Shown: positions 8,393 to 16,652 of the stretch, piece by piece
How positions within the stretch are numbered: the first letter of the stretch is position 1
How the letters are laid out: every line of letters begins with the position of its first letter
Source: an uncultured Clostridia bacterium
GTDB taxonomy: Bacteria > Bacillota > Clostridia > Oscillospirales > Oscillospiraceae
Length of the DNA: 62,035 nt
Direction: 5' to 3'
Assembly: GCA_946411475.1 (NCBI GenBank)
Contig: CAMKED010000001.1
Span: forward strand, 1 to 62,035
Program-made: the position numbers and the translations under genes
The notes under the pieces: model-generated
Seen by the model: the letters and a program-made list of their open reading frames with translations, nothing else
Database searches by the model: none
What the model was told of the DNA's origin: nothing

Positions 8393-9937
8393 TCAGGGAT
8401 CAGGGATCAGATACACCGTGGGCTTGCTGTCGTCCGTATAGCGCTGACCGTACAGTTCAACGTCCCCGGCATGGACCACGATCCGATCTGCAAAGACCCG
8501 GAGCAGCATTTTTTCTCCGTTGTCCCGCGCCAGGATCACACGGACTTCCTCAGAGGAAGGGACTTTCCAGTATTCGTAATAAGGAATGTCGTATTCGAAC
8601 AGATCCTGATTGTCCTTCCACAGTGCACGTTCCAGCTTCAGACCCTGCAGCTCCTTCTCCGTCGTCTCCACAAGCACCGGACTTGTGCTGTATGTACGCA
8701 CATGGCGGGAATAAACAGCATAAACCTGCCAGCCCTTGTCCAGAATCTCGGTCTGGACGGTGCCAAGCCGCGCCTGAATGCCGACGCTCCCGATCAGGAG
8801 AAAAAACAGAGCGATGATAAGGATGTTGACGTTATGTGTACTGATTCGACGGCGCGGGAGCAGGACCTGCTTCAAGCGATAGCGGAAGCCCCGGGCAGAG
8901 GCGGAGAGGCAGGTGGTAAAGCCTTTGGCCGTTCCAGCGTTGCTGAGCAGCAGATTGGCGTACGCTCTGCGCTGCTCCGGCTCCATATCCGCCGTGGCGA
9001 CCTCGTCGCAGCAGAGTTCCAGGTCCTCCGAGGCCTTTCCGATCCCAAACCAGAGCGAGGGAATGAACCACCCGGCGGCGCAGATCAGCGCCAGAAAAAC
9101 CTTGGTGCGGATGTCGTCACGGAGCAGATGAATGATCTCGTGCCGCAGGATCATCTCCAAGTCGTCCCGACTGTATGCCTGGGCCGGCAGCACCAGATAG
9201 ATGTTTTTATTCCGCAGGCCGATGGTGAGGGGAGAGGAAACCGCCGGGGAGCGGAGAATATGACGGTAATCCAGAATTGCCTCTACGTGGCGGCAGACAC
9301 TGCGTTCGACGGAGTTCCGGTAAGTCACTTCCGCGGGAAGCACCATCGCCTGCCACACCTGCGCGTAAAGTCCGTATTCCCACTGCTCCGCCTGGACCGC
9401 GTCTTGCAGGATGTGCTTCCGGAAGCGCAGGTGGAAGAACATCTTCCACAGCAGCACGCTGAGGAACCCAATCAGCCAGGTCACAAACGCCGTCCAAAGA
9501 ACGGGACTGGAAAGCCGAATCACAAGCAAGGGATCGGCCATGATCCGACGCTGGAGGATCAGAGGGCCACAGAAAAGCGCACCCGGCACGATCCAAAGCT
9601 CCGCACAGGTGCGAGCGGAAAAGTGCCGCCGCAGCCAAGGCATCAGCGCAAGCAGCAGGATTGTGATCGGGAGCAGAAGAAACAGGAAAGCCAAGTCCCA
9701 GTGGAGCATCGGGACAAATTCGCTCGGTGTAAGAAGGCAGACAATGTGAAAGAGGAGGAATAAAAGACCATAGACATATAGAAAGGTGTACGGTCCCGTC
9801 GTATATCGATATACGCCCGACGGCTTTTCATTCTGTTTTTTCAAGCGCTTATGGCGCCGGTCCAGATAGCCGACGAGCGCGGCGGTCAGAAGCACGCTTC
9901 CGACTATGAACAATTTCTGCTTTATGGAAGAACTCAC
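8393..9937 (-). CDS. M56 family (BlaR1/MecR1-like) membrane metallopeptidase, paralog
   Basis: 514 aa with HExxH (LRHEIIHLLRDDIR). Its ATGA start overlaps the stop of the upstream BlaI-like gene. Confidence 0.8.
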   Translation of the reverse strand: MSSSIKQKLFIVGSVLLTAALVGYLDRRHKRLKKQNEKPSGVYRYTTGPYTFLYVYGLLFLLFHIVCLLTPSEFVPMLHWDLAFLFLLLPITILLLALMPWLRRHFSARTCAELWIVPGALFCGPLILQRRIMADPLLVIRLSSPVLWTAFVTWLIGFLSVLLWKMFFHLRFRKHILQDAVQAEQWEYGLYAQVWQAMVLPAEVTYRNSVERSVCRHVEAILDYRHILRSPAVSSPLTIGLRNKNIYLVLPAQAYSRDDLEMILRHEIIHLLRDDIRTKVFLALICAAGWFIPSLWFGIGKASEDLELCCDEVATADMEPEQRRAYANLLLSNAGTAKGFTTCLSASARGFRYRLKQVLLPRRRISTHNVNILIIALFFLLIGSVGIQARLGTVQTEILDKGWQVYAVYSRHVRTYSTSPVLVETTEKELQGLKLERALWKDNQDLFEYDIPYYEYWKVPSSEEVRVILARDNGEKMLLRVFADRIVVHAGDVELYGQRYTDDSKPTVYLIPDP

Positions 9938-10311
9938 AGCGTTCCCTCCTCCAGCATTTTACGCAGCTCGGCCAGGTCCTCCTTTGAGAGGCCGGAGGCC
10001 GTCAGCGCCGAGGCGAAGGCGGACATGGAGCCGCCGAAGAGCTGATCCACGAAGCGCTTGCTCTGCCGGGCCTGATAGTCCGCCTGGGACACCAGAGGCG
10101 TGTAGACGCTGGAACGGCCCTGCTTTTCGATTTGGACGAAGCCCTTCTCGGCCAGCCGGGTCAGCAGGGTCAGCAGCGTGGTCTGCGCTATCGGCCGCAG
10201 CTTCGCCATCTCGGCCTCCACCGTCGAGCGCGCCACCGGCGCCTCGCAGCGCCAAAGCACTTGCATGACTTCCAGCTCCGCATCCGGCAGCCGGTTTTTT
10301 CGGTCAAACAT
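9934..10311 (-). CDS. BlaI/MecI/CopY family transcriptional repressor
   Basis: The internal ATG at 10311 of ORF 9934..10401 gives a winged-helix Penicillinase_R type sequence: ...LPDAELEVMQVLWRCEAPVARSTVEAEM...TLLTLLTRLAEKGFVQIEKQGRSSVYTPLVSQADY. Confidence 0.85.
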   Translation of the reverse strand: MFDRKNRLPDAELEVMQVLWRCEAPVARSTVEAEMAKLRPIAQTTLLTLLTRLAEKGFVQIEKQGRSSVYTPLVSQADYQARQSKRFVDQLFGGSMSAFASALTASGLSKEDLAELRKMLEEGTL

Positions 10312-10331
10312 GGGATCAACTCCTCTACGCT

Positions 10332-10374
10332 TGTAGTGTGACGTTATTCTACATCCATAGAGTGAATTTGTCAA
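10332..10374 (-). promoter_or_regulatory. Putative promoter with overlapping inverted repeat of the blaI-like operon
   Basis: On the minus strand: TTGACA (10374-10369), 17 nt, TAGAAT (10351-10346). TGTAG-N12-CTACA (10332-10353) overlaps the -10 and resembles TACA/TGTA-type BlaI/CopY boxes only loosely. Confidence 0.45.
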
Positions 10375-10518
10375 GTATGATTTCAAGAAAAAACCGACCA
10401 CCGATCACGGCAGCCGGAAAAAATTTCAAAATGTTCTGAATTTGTAATATTTCTGTAATATATGTGTGCTACAATGTTCTGTGGAGCGATATGGGGATCG
10501 TCCCCTGCGGGGAAATGC

Positions 10519-10573
10519 GGGCGCACAATGTGCGCCCCTACGGCCAATTCTCAACTCTCAATTTTCAACTTTT
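10519..10573. repeat. Inverted GTAG-palindrome plus TTGARA stutter
   Basis: GGGCGCACAaTGTGCGCCCCTAC lies at 10519-10541. It is followed by ccaattctcaactctcaattttcaactttt, and this stutter contains the stop of the DUF4830 gene. Confidence 0.85.
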
Positions 10574-11044
10574 TACCACCCCTCGCATTTTCCCGCCCGG
10601 GGCGGTGTCGGTGACGTCGCCGCCGACGATCCGGCCGTCCAGGACGAAGATCGTGGCGTAGACCGGGCCCTCGGCGTCCTCTGCGTTCAGCACCTCGTAG
10701 ACGTAGCGGGTGGCCTGACGGCCTGCGTACTGGGTCAGATCGAAGCCCTGGGATTTCTGCAGCTCGTTGTACCGCCGGAAAACCTCCGTGTCCGCTGTGG
10801 GAATCTTTACGGACTGTGTCTGGACCGGCTCTGCGTTGACCTGCCAGCCCTGCTGCGTGACGTAGGCCACGCGGGCCTCGTTGCTTTCTCCGTTGCGGGC
10901 GTCCGCCGCCTCCGGTGTCCCGGTTTTTGCGGCCGCCAAAATCGCGCCAAGCACAAACACGGCGATCAGCAGCGTCACCACTGCCGCCAGCTTGGTTTTG
11001 GAGACCTTGGTCGTTATCACAAACACGTTGATACACCCTTTCAT
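10565..11044 (-). CDS. DUF4830 domain-containing membrane-anchored protein
   Basis: 159 aa with an N-terminal TM segment, then ...QQGWQVNAEPVQTQSVKIP...FRRYNELQKSQGFDL..Y.G....RYVYEV...DGRIVGGDV, as recalled for DUF4830 proteins of Clostridia. Confidence 0.7.
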   Translation of the reverse strand: MKGCINVFVITTKVSKTKLAAVVTLLIAVFVLGAILAAAKTGTPEAADARNGESNEARVAYVTQQGWQVNAEPVQTQSVKIPTADTEVFRRYNELQKSQGFDLTQYAGRQATRYVYEVLNAEDAEGPVYATIFVLDGRIVGGDVTDTAPGGKMRGVVKS

Positions 11045-11102
11045 CCATGATGTCTGGTGCAGTCTATGATTTACTGCATTGAACTATTCCAAAATTCGCA
11101 GC

Positions 11103-11323
11103 GCCGGAAATCTGCCGGCCAAGTCAAGTCCGTAGTGCCGGTAATCTGCCGGCCAAGTCAAGTCCGTAGTGCCGGTAATCTGCCGGCCAAGTCAAGTCCG
11201 TAGTGCCGGCAATCTGCCGGCCAAGTCAAGTCCGTAGTGCCGGCAATCTGCTGGCCAAGTCAAGTCCGTAGTGCCGGCAATCTGCCGGCCAAGTCAAGTC
11301 CGTAGTGCCGGCAATCTGCCGGC
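11103..11323. repeat. 34-bp tandem repeat, 7 hairpin copies
   Basis: The unit is CTGCCGGCCAAGTCAAGTCCGTAGTGCCGGnAAT. TCTGCC recurs at 11111, 11145, 11179, 11213, 11247, 11281 and 11315 (period exactly 34). The variable position runs A, T, T, C, C, C, C. Each unit carries GCCGGnAATCTGCCGGC. Confidence 0.95.
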
Positions 11324-11339
11324 TGTTTCAGGAGATAAA

Positions 11340-12038
11340 ATGATAAGATTAGATAAATTTCTGTCCGACGCCGGCCTGGCCTCCCGGCGGGAACTGAAAG
11401 ACCTTCTGAAAGCCGGCGCCGTCACGGTCAACGGCAAGCCCGTCACGGACGGGGCTGCCAAGGTAGATCCCGAGGCGGATCGGATCTGCTTCCACGGCGA
11501 GACCGTGGAGGGACCGCGCCGGGTGGTCCTGCTGCTCCATAAGCCGGCGGGCTTTGTGACCTCCACCGAGGATCCCCGGGACCGGACCGTCATGGAGCTG
11601 ATTCCTGCTGCGTACCTGCGGCACAAGGTGGTTCCCGTCGGCCGCCTGGACAAGGAGACCGAGGGCCTGCTGCTGCTCACCAACGACGGCGAGCTGGCGC
11701 ACCGGCTGATCTCCCCGAAGCATGGGGTCGAGAAGCGCTATTACGCCCGCCATGCGGGAACGGCTTCGCCCGAGGACGTCGCGGCGTTTGCCGCGGGCTT
11801 GACGCTCAAGGACGGAAGCGTTTGCCGTCCTGCCGTCCTGCGGCCGCTCGGTCTCGGCGAGAGCGAGATCGTTGTTACCGAGGGCAAATACCACCAGGTC
11901 CGCCGCATGATGGCCTCTCGCGGTCTGCCGGTGGAATACCTTCGCCGCGAGCAGGAGGGAAGCCTGTGCCTGGACGGCCTGGCCCTCGGCGCAGTCCGGG
12001 AGCTGACGGAGGAGGAGATCAAGGCGCTTTGCGAATGA
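11340..12038 (+). CDS. RsuA/RluB family rRNA pseudouridine synthase
   Basis: The ATG at 11340 follows caggagataaa. The translation shows an S4 domain (MIRLDKFLSDAGLASRRELKDLLKAG.VTVNG) and the catalytic motif VGRLDKETEGLLLLTNDGEL. Confidence 0.85.
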   Translation: MIRLDKFLSDAGLASRRELKDLLKAGAVTVNGKPVTDGAAKVDPEADRICFHGETVEGPRRVVLLLHKPAGFVTSTEDPRDRTVMELIPAAYLRHKVVPVGRLDKETEGLLLLTNDGELAHRLISPKHGVEKRYYARHAGTASPEDVAAFAAGLTLKDGSVCRPAVLRPLGLGESEIVVTEGKYHQVRRMMASRGLPVEYLRREQEGSLCLDGLALGAVRELTEEEIKALCE

Positions 12039-12290
12039 AGTATGTGCCTCGCACATATTTGGACGCTGAACTCTGAACCCTGAACTCTACGGAAGCTATT
12101 ACAAACAACAGCCACCCCTCCACCGCCTTGAGGCGGTCCCCCTCCCCTGCAAGCAGGGGAGGTCATGCCCTGAACTCTACGGAAGCTATTACAAACAACA
12201 GCCACCCCTCCACCGCCTTGAGGCGGTCCCCCTCCCCTGCAAGCAGGGGAGGTCATGCCCTGAACTCTGAACCCACCCTGATCTCTGTTC
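12033..12290. repeat. GAAGTAT unit, TCAGRGT stutter and two identical tandem copies of a 90-nt element
   Basis: Copies 12081-12170 and 12171-12260 are identical 90/90: tgaactctacggaagctattacaaacaacagccacccctccaccgccttgaggcggtccccctcccctgcaagcaggggaggtcatgccc. A third copy lies inverted at 46751-46840. Confidence 0.95.
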
Positions 12291-12519
12291 CCTGTTCCTA
12301 TACAAATTCCACAAAGCAAAATCATTGACAAATCCAGTAAAAACGATTGCTCTGATTCGGGTGAAATTGGCCACATCGCCGGATTTGTTGTCTTTTTGCA
12401 TAAATAATTCTTCAAAAATTAACGGAAAATACCAAAAAGCTCTTGCAAAATGAATGCGGATAGGGTATGATAAAGCTTAGACATTGTATAAACCATCACA
12501 CTGACAGGAGTGCGGTAAT

Positions 12520-13614
12520 ATGACGAATCATATCTTTTCCGACGTGATCCAGCAGATGAAGGCTGCAACGGACCGTCAAATCGGCGTGATTGACGCCGAA
12601 GGCACCGTCGTTGCATGCTCAGACGCGGAACAGTTGGGCGCCAAATATCCCAAGCTTGCCCGGGTGGTCGCGCTTTCCGACGACCAGGCCATGAACTTTT
12701 CCGGGAAAACTGTCCGGGCGCTGTCCAACTTCGGCAGCAGCTTCGACTATGCCGTCTTCGTGAACGGAGACGACGAGATGGCCCACAGCCTCTGCCTCAT
12801 GGCGCAGGTTGCCCTGAACTGTACCAAAATCTATTATGAAGAGAAGCACGACAAGGCGACCTTTGTCAAGAATATCATCACCGACAACATTCTCCCCGGC
12901 GACATCTATATCCGCGCCAAGGAGCTGCATTTCTCCGCCGACCAGAACCACACCGTTTTTCTGATCCGCCAGACCGGGACCGTGGACGTGGGGATCGTGG
13001 ACGTGCTGCAGAACCTTTTCCCGGACCGGCAGCAGGACTTCGTGATCTCCCTCAACGAGACGGACGTCGCCGTGGTCAAGAGCGTCGGCGCCGAGGTCGA
13101 ACAGGCCGAACTGATGGCCCTCGCTTCCAGCATGGAGGAGGCTGTCAAGAGTCAGCTCTTCGTCAAGACGATCATCGGCATCGGCGGCGTGGCGGAGCAC
13201 CTGCGGGAGCTTGCCGATTCCTACAAGGAAGCCCAGGTCGCCATCGAGGTGGGCAAGGTCTTCGACACCGAGAAGACGGTCATCACCTATGAAAACCTCG
13301 GCATCGGCCGCCTGATCTACCAGCTTCCCACCACCCTCTGCGAGATTTTCCTGGGCGAGGTGTTCAAGAAAAATTCGATCGACACGCTGGACCAGGAGAC
13401 GCTGTTTACCATCAACAAGTTCTTTGAGAACAACCTGAACGTTTCCGAGACCTCCCGCAAGCTCTTCGTCCACCGGAACACTCTGGTCTACCGGCTGGAA
13501 AAGATCAAGAAGCTTACGGGCCTCGACCTCCGGGAGTTTGACCACGCCATCATCTTCAAGGTCGCGCTGATGGTCAAAAAGTATCTCGCGTCCCGCGATA
13601 ATAAGATGTTCTGA
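12520..13614 (+). CDS. CdaR/PucR family transcriptional regulator
   Basis: 364 aa with an N-terminal diacid-recognition-like region and a C-terminal PucR HTH (SETSRKLFVHRNTLVYRLEKIKKLTGLDL). Confidence 0.75.
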   Translation: MTNHIFSDVIQQMKAATDRQIGVIDAEGTVVACSDAEQLGAKYPKLARVVALSDDQAMNFSGKTVRALSNFGSSFDYAVFVNGDDEMAHSLCLMAQVALNCTKIYYEEKHDKATFVKNIITDNILPGDIYIRAKELHFSADQNHTVFLIRQTGTVDVGIVDVLQNLFPDRQQDFVISLNETDVAVVKSVGAEVEQAELMALASSMEEAVKSQLFVKTIIGIGGVAEHLRELADSYKEAQVAIEVGKVFDTEKTVITYENLGIGRLIYQLPTTLCEIFLGEVFKKNSIDTLDQETLFTINKFFENNLNVSETSRKLFVHRNTLVYRLEKIKKLTGLDLREFDHAIIFKVALMVKKYLASRDNKMF

Positions 13615-13616
13615 GC

Positions 13617-13664
13617 GTAGGGACAAGCATTGCTTGTCCGCGGACGAGCGCTGCTCGTCCCTAC
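13617..13664. repeat. Inverted doublet of GTAGGGAC palindromes (REPIN-like)
   Basis: The sequence is GTAGGGACAAGCATTGCTTGTCC-gc-GGACGAGCGCTGCTCGTCCCTAC. It begins 3 nt after the stop of the CdaR-like gene. Confidence 0.9.
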
Positions 13665-13694
13665 ATACATTATTGTTCGTTATAGGAGATTTCT

Positions 13695-14384
13695 ATGATC
13701 GTATTTCGTAACGTCACCAAGGTCTATACCGGTGGAAGCCGTGCGCTGGAAGGCGTGAACCTCCAAATCGACGACGGAGAGTTTGTTTTCCTGGTCGGTC
13801 CCTCCGGCTCCGGAAAGTCCACCATTATCAAGCTCCTGACTGCGGAGCTGGAGCCCACCTCCGGCTCCATCGAGGTCAACGGCTATCGGCTGGAAACCAT
13901 CAAAAAGCGCCAGATCCCCTACATGCGCCGTACCGTCGGCGTTATCTTCCAGGACTTCCGCCTGATCGAAAACAAGACGGTTTTTGAAAACGTAGCCTAC
14001 GGCATGCGCATCGTGGGCGCCTCCGGCAAGGAGATCAAGGCCCGCGTGCCCTACGTGCTGGACCTGGTCGGCCTGGAGAACCGCGGCCGCCGCCTGCCGC
14101 ATGAGCTTTCCGGCGGCGAGCAGCAGCGTGTCGCCATCGCCCGCGCCCTGGTGAACAACCCGGCCATGATCGTGGCCGACGAGCCCACCGGCAACCTGGA
14201 CCCGCAGCGTTCCTATGAGATTATGATGCTTTTGGAGTCCATCAACGCCCTGGGAACCACCGTGATGGTGGTGACCCACGAGCAGGAGCTGGTCAACCGC
14301 TTCACCAAGCGAGTCATTGCCATCAATGAAGGCAAGGTTATCAACGACGGAATGGATGGGTACTATTTCAATGAAGAGAATTAG
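13695..14384 (+). CDS. ftsE: Cell division ATP-binding protein FtsE
   Basis: 229 aa with Walker A (GPSGSGKST), the ABC signature ([15 protein letters not shown]) and Walker B ([11 protein letters not shown]). Confidence 0.93.
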   Translation: MIVFRNVTKVYTGGSRALEGVNLQIDDGEFVFLVGPSGSGKSTIIKLLTAELEPTSGSIEVNGYRLETIKKRQIPYMRRTVGVIFQDFRLIENKTVFENVAYGMRIVGASGKEIKARVPYVLDLVGLENRGRRLPHELSGGEQQRVAIARALVNNPAMIVADEPTGNLDPQRSYEIMMLLESINALGTTVMVVTHEQELVNRFTKRVIAINEGKVINDGMDGYYFNEEN

Positions 14385-15261
14385 AAAGCTGGGCTACCTC
14401 TTCAAAGAGGGCATTCGCAATATGTTCACCCACGGCTTCATGTCCTTTGCGGCCGTGTGCGTTACGGTGGCCTGCCTGGTCATCATCGGCGGTTTTTCGC
14501 TGATCATCTACAATCTGAGCCTGTTCGTCTCCGATATGGAGCAGCAGAACCGGGTTCTGGTATACATTGATGAAACCTACGACACCGGATCGGCCAAATC
14601 CGTCGGCTCCAAGATCAATCTGGTGGACAACGTCCGCGAGGCGGTCTTTATGTCCCGGGAGGAAGCAGTGGATCGCTTCATCAAGGATCAGGGCGCAGAC
14701 GAAACCTTTGCCGGCATCAACCCCTCGGACCTGCGTGACCGCTTTATCGTCACCCTGGAGGACAACTCCAAAATGGCCGAGACCGTGGAACAGCTCCGCA
14801 AGATCGAGGGCGTGGCACGAATTGCCGACCGGCCTGAGATCGCCGAGGGCATTACCACCATCCAGCGCGTTCTGAACATTGTCTCCATCGGTATTATCGT
14901 GGTGCTGCTGGTGGTCTCCCTGTTTATGATCTCCAATACGATCAAGCTTGCCATGTACGACCGGCGCGACGAGATCGCCATCATGAAGATGATCGGCGCG
15001 ACCAACCGCTTTATCCGCCTCCCTTACTTTGTGGAAGGCTTCCTGATCGGCGTCATTTCCGCCGCGGCTGCTTTCTTTACCGAGTGGGGGCTCTACGATC
15101 TGCTTGCGTCCCGCATCACCCAGATGCAGAGCATGCAGCTTCTCAGCATTGTTCCGTTCCAGGAAGTGTTTATGCCCATGGTCGTGACCTTCGGAGCGGC
15201 CGGCCTGTTCGTCGGCATGTTCGGCTCCGTCATGTCCATCCGCAAGTTCCTTGACGTCTGA
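14371..15261 (+). CDS. ftsX: Cell division permease-like protein FtsX
   Basis: The start [18 protein letters not shown] overlaps the ftsE end. The protein has 4 TM segments and a large extracellular loop. Confidence 0.88.
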   Translation: MKRIRKLGYLFKEGIRNMFTHGFMSFAAVCVTVACLVIIGGFSLIIYNLSLFVSDMEQQNRVLVYIDETYDTGSAKSVGSKINLVDNVREAVFMSREEAVDRFIKDQGADETFAGINPSDLRDRFIVTLEDNSKMAETVEQLRKIEGVARIADRPEIAEGITTIQRVLNIVSIGIIVVLLVVSLFMISNTIKLAMYDRRDEIAIMKMIGATNRFIRLPYFVEGFLIGVISAAAAFFTEWGLYDLLASRITQMQSMQLLSIVPFQEVFMPMVVTFGAAGLFVGMFGSVMSIRKFLDV

Positions 15262-15289
15262 TCCAAACGAAAAGGGGGGTATGCTAATC

Positions 15290-16624
15290 ATGTACAAGCA
15301 TCGCAGATTGATCGTTTCGGTGATCGCCGGACTGCTTGCGCTGCTGCTTGTCGGAGGCCTGATTCTCAACGCTGTCGCAGAAAGCTCCGGCGCCATCAAA
15401 TCCCGCATCGAATCCCTGAAGCGGGAGGAGGAAGAGATCGCCGCCGAGAAGAAAGCCGCCGCAGAGCAGCGGGAATCCAACGAATCGGAGATCCTGGACC
15501 TGGTGGAGAAAAAGAACCAGATCGATCAGCAGATCAAGCTGACCCAGGAATCCATCGAAACGAAGAATGAACTGATCCGGGAGTACAGCCTCCTGATCGC
15601 AGAAAAGCAGAACGAGCTCGGCGACGCCGTGCAGGGACGCGACAGCCTGAACGAGCAATACCGCGTCCGCATCCGCGCCATGGAAGAGAACGGAAAGCTG
15701 ACCTATTGGTCGATTCTGTTCAAGGCAAACAGCTTTGCAGATCTTCTGGACCGCGTGGAGATGATCAACGAGATTGCCAGCTCCGACGCCAGAATGATCA
15801 ACCAGCTCCAGGCAGCCGCGCAGCAAATTGAAATTGCCCGCCAGGAGCTTGCCGCCGAAAAGGTGGAGATGGAAGAGGCGAAGGAGTCCCTGGCTGCCGA
15901 GCAGCAGGAACTGGAACAACAGCGCGCTGAGGCCGACGGCGTAATGGCAGAGCTGATGGCGGACCATGAAGAGTATGCCGCGGCGGAAAGCAAGTACGCG
16001 GCCGAGCAGGAAGCGCTGCTGGCCAAGATCGCCTCGGAGGAGACGAAGTATCAGCAGGCAGTGGCTGCGGAGGAACAGGCCCGCCGTGAGGCGGAGGCTG
16101 CCGCCAGGGCCCGCGAACAGGCTGCCAAGGAACGGGAGAAAGAGGCGTCCGGCGGAGGCAGCTCCTCCGGCGGAAGCAGCTCCGGCGGCGGCAGCTCCTA
16201 CAACGGCGCGGTCAGCAGCTACGGCTTCAGTTGGCCCTGCACCGCACGGGCGCTGACCTGCCCGTTCGGACCGCGCGTTCACCCCATTACCGGCGTTTAC
16301 AGCAATCACAGCGGCGTGGACATCGGCGCCAGCTATGGCTCTCCCATCTATGCCTGCGCCTCCGGCACCGTGACCACCGCCACCTACGGCACGGCCTACG
16401 GCTACTACGTGACGATCAACCACGGCAACGGTTTCTCTACGCTTTACGGCCATATGATCCGCTACACGGTCAGCTCGGGCGATTACGTGACCCGCGGCGA
16501 GATCATCGGCTACGTGGGCAGCACCGGCTGGTCCACCGGCCCGCATCTGCATCTGACCATGTACCACAACGGGACGCTGGTCAACCCGCTGGACTATCTG
16601 CCTGCAGGCGGATACTTCGTATAA
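15290..16624 (+). CDS. Coiled-coil M23 (LytM-type) peptidoglycan metalloendopeptidase
   Basis: A signal/TM segment is followed by a long coiled coil, a GGSSS linker and an intact M23 domain (HSGVDIGASYGSPIYA...GSTGWSTGPHLHL). The start is chosen at 15290; 15281 is an alternative. Confidence 0.85.
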   Translation: MYKHRRLIVSVIAGLLALLLVGGLILNAVAESSGAIKSRIESLKREEEEIAAEKKAAAEQRESNESEILDLVEKKNQIDQQIKLTQESIETKNELIREYSLLIAEKQNELGDAVQGRDSLNEQYRVRIRAMEENGKLTYWSILFKANSFADLLDRVEMINEIASSDARMINQLQAAAQQIEIARQELAAEKVEMEEAKESLAAEQQELEQQRAEADGVMAELMADHEEYAAAESKYAAEQEALLAKIASEETKYQQAVAAEEQARREAEAAARAREQAAKEREKEASGGGSSSGGSSSGGGSSYNGAVSSYGFSWPCTARALTCPFGPRVHPITGVYSNHSGVDIGASYGSPIYACASGTVTTATYGTAYGYYVTINHGNGFSTLYGHMIRYTVSSGDYVTRGEIIGYVGSTGWSTGPHLHLTMYHNGTLVNPLDYLPAGGYFV

Positions 16625-16652
16625 TCTGAGAGAACAGAAAGAAAGGCATGCA

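Noticed and set aside
11103-11323. A possible CRISPR array (regular 34-bp periodicity with a palindromic core).
   Set aside because: There are no unique spacers. The 34-bp units abut each other directly, so this is a plain tandem repeat. No cas genes are in the window.
11741-12415. A 224-aa minus-strand ORF and other ORFs that translate repeat blocks (for example 12128..12328, 46677..46949, 32369..33016).
   Set aside because: Their reading frames exist only because the repeat units are stop-poor. Their sequences are duplicated repeat translations (for example GMTSPACRGGGPPQGGGGVAVVCNSFRRVQG twice). They lack RBSs.
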